Shown here: piece by piece, positions 59,001 to 64,000 of the stretch
Layout: the number at the start of each line of letters is the position of its first letter
Position numbering within the stretch: the stretch's first letter is position 1
NCBI GenBank assembly: GCA_010093745.1
Contig: MU005971.1
Span: 1-64,000, forward strand
DNA: 64,000 nucleotides
Direction of reading: 5' to 3'
Origin: Piedraia hortae CBS 480.64
Lineage: Eukaryota
Program-made: the position numbers and the translations under genes
Notes under the pieces: model-generated
Told to the model about the DNA's origin: nothing
Seen by the model: only the letters and a program-made list of their open reading frames with translations
Databases searched by the model: none

Positions 59001-59590
59001 AGAGTCAAAGCGACAAGCCAGTCTATCAGTGGGATATGATTGTCTCCGCGACGACTCATTGCATAGAGAGTTTCGGAATTAAACGCTTTCCAAGGGTGTA
59101 CGCCGTAAAGCGCGAGAGACAATGGACTCTGCAGGGTCTATACCGGTTAACCGACTTTCCATTAATCTCATGTGAGAGGACATTTGGTGGGCAAGTCTTA
59201 GCAGTCAATTGGCTATGACTACTCTACAATAACTCGTTGCTTTGGCAGGGTCGGGCCTGCAAGGTTTCCGCTCAAGTAGCATGCTATTTTCGCTATTACG
59301 CTGTTGAGGAGCGGCAGCCGACAATCGGGGTCCACATTAACAGGTTATCAGTCATGATATCGGCCATAACACAGCTCCATTGAAGGGCTATAAAAACCAA
59401 CCCGGACTTTTGTGCTTGCACACGAATGGAAGTGAGAGCCGCTGAGAATCGAAGCTTCAATTTCCAGTCTTCAAGAGATCGAAGAATTGGGAAGAGGCCT
59501 TGGCATTCCGGAACTGCAGACATGCATCGACTATCTACGATTATAGGAGTCTAGAGTGCTGCCCAGAGCAAGTCTCGTATCCGTTTATAC

Positions 59591-61200
59591 TTATAACTTG
59601 CATTTCTGTGTGGAAACATTGTTTGCCCGATTCTCGAAGAGCTTACGCAACTCTTTGAAGTACTTTTCATCACTATCCTTCACAACGAATTTCCTGAGTT
59701 GGGGCGCATGGTATGCAAGAGCTTTGTCAATTCGGGCTATCTCTTTTTATCGTGCCTGTTCAATACTTCAGCAATATTTAAATCAAATATCGACTTCATC
59801 ATGGATCTTACTTTGTAGGAACGCGACGCCAAAGGTTCGGATCCACACAAGGGAGGCCATCCGGCAGCCCAATCACAAGCCCGAGCGCAAGCCTATGAAG
59901 GCGATGGAGCAACCTCCGGCCATAGAGCAGCAGACGAGTGGGGTTTACGTCAAAAGTTGTTCCAGCAAGTGACGTGAGATTGGGACAGTGCGGTCCTAGC
60001 ATCGGGATAATATCGAATGCAAGGCCGAACCCGATCCAAAGATGGAGCTCTCGAAGCTTCCCAAGTGACGGTAGTAACTCGTCCATGGCAAAATCTCCAA
60101 TCGAGCGGTAGTATCTATTAAATGGACCTTGGTCTCTGGACCGTTTACTAATCTTGAGTATCTCCAGTGTTTCCAATGTTTCCAGTGTTTCCAGTGTTTC
60201 CAGTGTTTCCAGTGTTTCCAGTGNNNNNNNNNNTGTTTCCAGTGTTTCCAGTGTTTCCAGTGTTTCCAGTGTTTCCAGTGCTTACAGTGCTTACAGTGCT
60301 TACAGGCGGAGAACCTGTCGCGAAGATGCGTGAGACCACCTTGGCATTTTGGGTGGATCAATGTTGATGCTAAGCTCATTGAAGATTGACCACATCACCT
60401 GAGGCCTCAAAAAGGCCTTGTGGGTGCTCGATTGTGATATTCAATATCTGTAGATTGTGTGCACATTGATACATCATGGGCCGGCTGAGAACTTCATAAG
60501 ACATTTCCAGCACCCGAAGATTGGGCAAAATTGGATCAGACAATGTAGAAGTCTTGGGCGTAATTGCTAGGCTATAGTCATCGAGGTTGCCCCCATGGAT
60601 CCTGAGACTCTCGAGACCTAGACGTTGGTGTATATGCGGCATAATACAATCCAGACACTTCTCTGGTGCCCTTTTGCAAGATAGACTTCCTTTTGCAGAT
60701 TATCCAGTTGTCCCAGCAATTCATATATCTGTCGCCCAATACGGATTCCAGTAGATGAATCAAGGTGAGATTTTGCAAGCGGGAGAATGTGTCCAAAAGA
60801 GGTGTATGTACTGTGTTTCACTGCGGGTTTCAAATCACGAGCAGAAGCTATGAAGGAGCCTTCAAAAGCCTCTCACACGTTGCGAGTACCAAGTTGGTTG
60901 AAGATCTTCCTCTAAAGTGACAGACAAGTTCGAAAGCTTTGGAAAGTTCACGTCCACGTTGAATATTTTTAAGGTCGAAATAACTCGCAAGTAAAGTGTG
61001 CTAATGCCATTTGCGAGGTACTGCCGTCGGCCAAGGGACATAACATTGTTGACCACTTTTTCAGAAACTTCGCACCACAGGTAAGGCGCGAACGCATCAT
61101 ACCATGATCTACAGACCTTTATTGCATTGAGCAACGAAGTTTCGTCGTCTTTTAGGTTTGTCGCTATCTCGGCCAGAATATCGAAGGTAGCAGGCACCAT
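59591..61200 (-). pseudogene. F-box/LRR pseudogene, copy 2
   Basis: F-box FDILAEIATNLKDDETSLLNAIKVCRSW..LW; LRR-like FPKLSNLSV, LPNLRVLEM, SLGKLRELHL and LGPHCPNL; several stops and frameshifts. Confidence 0.8.
60165..60304. repeat. 9-bp tandem repeat (CCAGTGTTT)n plus variant (TTACAGTGC)x3, with a 10-N gap
   Basis: Directly visible; lies inside F-box pseudogene 2. Confidence 0.95.
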
Positions 61201-63463
61201 TGTGCTTGAGACGATCAAATCGGGGATTGTACGCAATCATTGCATTGGCCGAGGAAATTCCGGATGCAAATGTTGCTTGCGGAAATGCTCTGCGAATCGA
61301 CCTCCCCACCTTGACCAATCATGTCTGAACACCACATCTCAACTGTGAGAGTTGTGACAGATGTGAAGTTCGTTTTCCTAAAAACGCGGATCGTTGGGAT
61401 GAGGATGACATGTTCATTTTAAGAAACAAACAGGTTTACCTAACTTTTGCATGGAAGAGTGGGGAAAGGCCCATGCAAATTTGCATGCAAAGTGGAGGAA
61501 GAAAGCATGGAGATCGGGACTTGCTGCACTGACCATACGCAGACGCATTTGAACGCGGTGCTAGGAACGTTGTGCGTGAAGTTTTGGCACGTAGATAATG
61601 GAAGTTTCTAGAATAGGAAGGTGTGAATTTTTTCCGCGCACGATGAATTTCGACTTAATGAGCAGATAGCAAGGAGGCAATATACAGATTGAATCGACGC
61701 CAGTGCATATTGTGAAGATTTGGCTCTCGTGGGTGAGAGTGCGCAGCGACCCGAAGAGGACGGAGCGATAGACAGAATCAGGGACAGGAAAGATGTAGAT
61801 GTATGTGAGTCAAATACCAGTTGCAGCATGGTAGTGTGAATGACTATTGTTTTCATGTAAGGGGACGTCAGAATAAATATTCTGTACCGGTGGGCCGGTG
61901 ACGTCACGTCGTACACAAGCAGGGCGCATTCACCATGTCACATATGACATGACCTGGAAAACATCTGTGAGGGGAAAACCTAGGGTGCAGCTGGTAGTGT
62001 AGGAAGTATCGCTGACTTGCTATGCAAGTGCCCCACATACGCGCTAGCGGCGATGCTTGAATCCAAAAGTTCTCGTCCGTTCTTGAAATCAAGTAGGTAC
62101 GTGATTAGGGTGGCCCTATGAGAGCATTGAAAACTTTGTCATACCTGTACGGACACTCAGCAGTCTAGCCTTCACGGAGTTCCAATCTTTTTTCTCAAGT
62201 CAATTCGTCTTGTTCATGACCACGTCCAGATCCGCATCCATATCCACGTCAACGACAGTGTCAGCGGAATGAATCATATTCTTGCTAGTCATCTTGTTCT
62301 CCTCGATGGAGCGCTTGACAGCGTCACGGTAATCAGGGATACATGCAAGAGGCTTGATGGTACGACGCATTGCGGGGCGGACCTTTTTATGACGGAAGGC
62401 AATATTAGTCTTGCGAGACGGTCTGTGAACAGTCAGCTCTCCATTCCAGATCCCTCGCCTTTTAAAAGGACTTACCCATGATCGAAAACTTCACCATGAA
62501 CAAGGGCCTTGTGGCGGCGCAGCATGCTATAAAGCCATTAGCAAAAGCTTTGCGATTATGGCTCGTACATACCGTTCGTTAGGCCAGACGAAAGCCTCGC
62601 GTTTGGCGCTGATGGCGGAGGCTGGGCCTTCGGGGCCACCATGGTCACATTTGTCACAGCACAGGCGTGGTGAGGTCTTGGGGACAGAGCCAGTAGACAT
62701 GGCGTTGATCGTGGTCGTGGAAGCCATGGATGCTAAAGATGAGTGATATGTGGGTGCGAGACGTTGCTAAATGCTTCAGAAGTGGAGTGACTATGTGTGT
62801 TGAAGACTGTTGAGAGCTGGAAGGTTTGGGCCTGCGGCAGCGAGATCGCACAGACGCGTCTATATGCCGCGCTAGGAGGCGTAAACTTCGCGACGCGTGT
62901 AGGAGTTTCCAAAATAGGAAGACACTCTGGAATTTGTTCCGCGCACAGTGGATTTTCCTTTGGATGATGGAAGGAATACAGGTATTGAGAAAGAGGGAGG
63001 TGAGGTATGTTGTATATACGCTATTTTTCGCCGATTATTGACGCTAAGCCGAATTGTAATCGGTGTCACCCAATTGGCCCTTTGCAAAATAACCAGATTC
63101 GCATTTATTGCTTCCATCTATCAACTGTTTCACGCCATGAAGTCTGGTAAGGATGGCATAATGGACAACTGATGAAGAGCCAACCGGGCTCAAGACCCGC
63201 TAGGCGAAAGTCCCACAGCGTTCACTGAGTTCAGTTGAGACCAATCATATCTAGGCAACTTCCTATGCTATGTGATTACCCAACATTACTTTCCGGAGGC
63301 TCCAAAGAACAATAAAAATCTTCTACAAAGACCAAATAATCTTCGACAAGACATGAGAACCGATCGCAGCCTGTATTCTATAAAAACATTCTTCGTGATA
63401 CTACGATACTGTGAACGGCTAACTCTTTACCGTAAGTTTGTAGGAAAAAAACGCACAAACAAC

Positions 63464-63495
63464 GTGTGGCGATCACCGTGTGGCGATCACCGTGT
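63464..63495. repeat. 14-bp tandem duplication GTGTGGCGATCACC x2
   Basis: Directly visible. Confidence 0.85.
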
Positions 63496-64000
63496 TTCTC
63501 TCCACTAACAAGCACTTTTAATTTCGAAGGTATCGTAGTTTCGACGCTTGGTGTGTTTACAAGAAGCATGCGCACATTGCTTTGACCCACTCCTCCAAAA
63601 TCATCTTCCTTGACCCAAACCCACAGTCAAACACAACATCCCAACCCAGATTCATCCATCCAGACACATCATCACACGGAAATTTCCTCGTAATCATTAT
63701 GACCACAATTGCCCAGGCGATTAAGAACCTGGCCACCGCTGACCAGCTCATTGTTGATACCGTGGAGCAGAGCGTCCCGATTCGCGCCCAAGTCTGTGAT
63801 CTCTTTACTGGAAACAAGGCTGGATTTCCATGGGCTGGAATAGAGTTCGTTGAACTCTCATATTCAAAGTATGTGGGGCAAGCTGACATCAGTACTGGGC
63901 CGTGAAGCGCCATATGACCGCCGTCCACAGAGAGGCCCTCCCCCAAATGGCTACTGGGCTCACGGACATGATGATGAGCGATGCCCCCCCCCCGGGACTC

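Noticed and set aside
61600..64000. Short ORFs near the window end as genes or a transposon
   Set aside because: No recognisable motifs or terminal repeats, so I cannot support a call.

Overview
Gene-dense eukaryotic sequence from a filamentous ascomycete (probably a Dothideomycete; this is inference from gene content and short GT-AG introns with CTRAC branch sites). Positions 700-53100 carry about 29 tightly packed, mostly housekeeping genes: NSE4, VPS34, an FCY2-like permease, SRF1, an aldo-keto reductase, a LYR protein, BOS1, LYS12, L2HGDH, PRS1, POM33, phospholipase D, a PRXL2-like protein, FYV7, a GYF protein, a PH protein, an SDR, TOS4-like, SNRNP27, PPT1, SEC62, RPL12, NUUM-like, MRPL3, NAM9 and LHP1. 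Positions 53100-64000 are gene-poor, with decayed coding-like sequence and an F-box/LRR pseudogene whose paralogue lies at about 39 kb. Three N gaps are present. The most notable observations are: (1) a secreted protein with the motif layout of a copper histidine-brace (LPMO-like) protein that I cannot place in a named AA family; (2) a 655-aa secreted protein built from nested 15/90/275-aa repeats; (3) an unannotated dispersed intergenic repeat family with at least 4 copies; (4) repeated sharp C-rich to G-rich skew flips inside genes; (5) an MCB cluster upstream of an apparently C-terminally truncated Tos4. All gene names come from motif recognition, not database searches.
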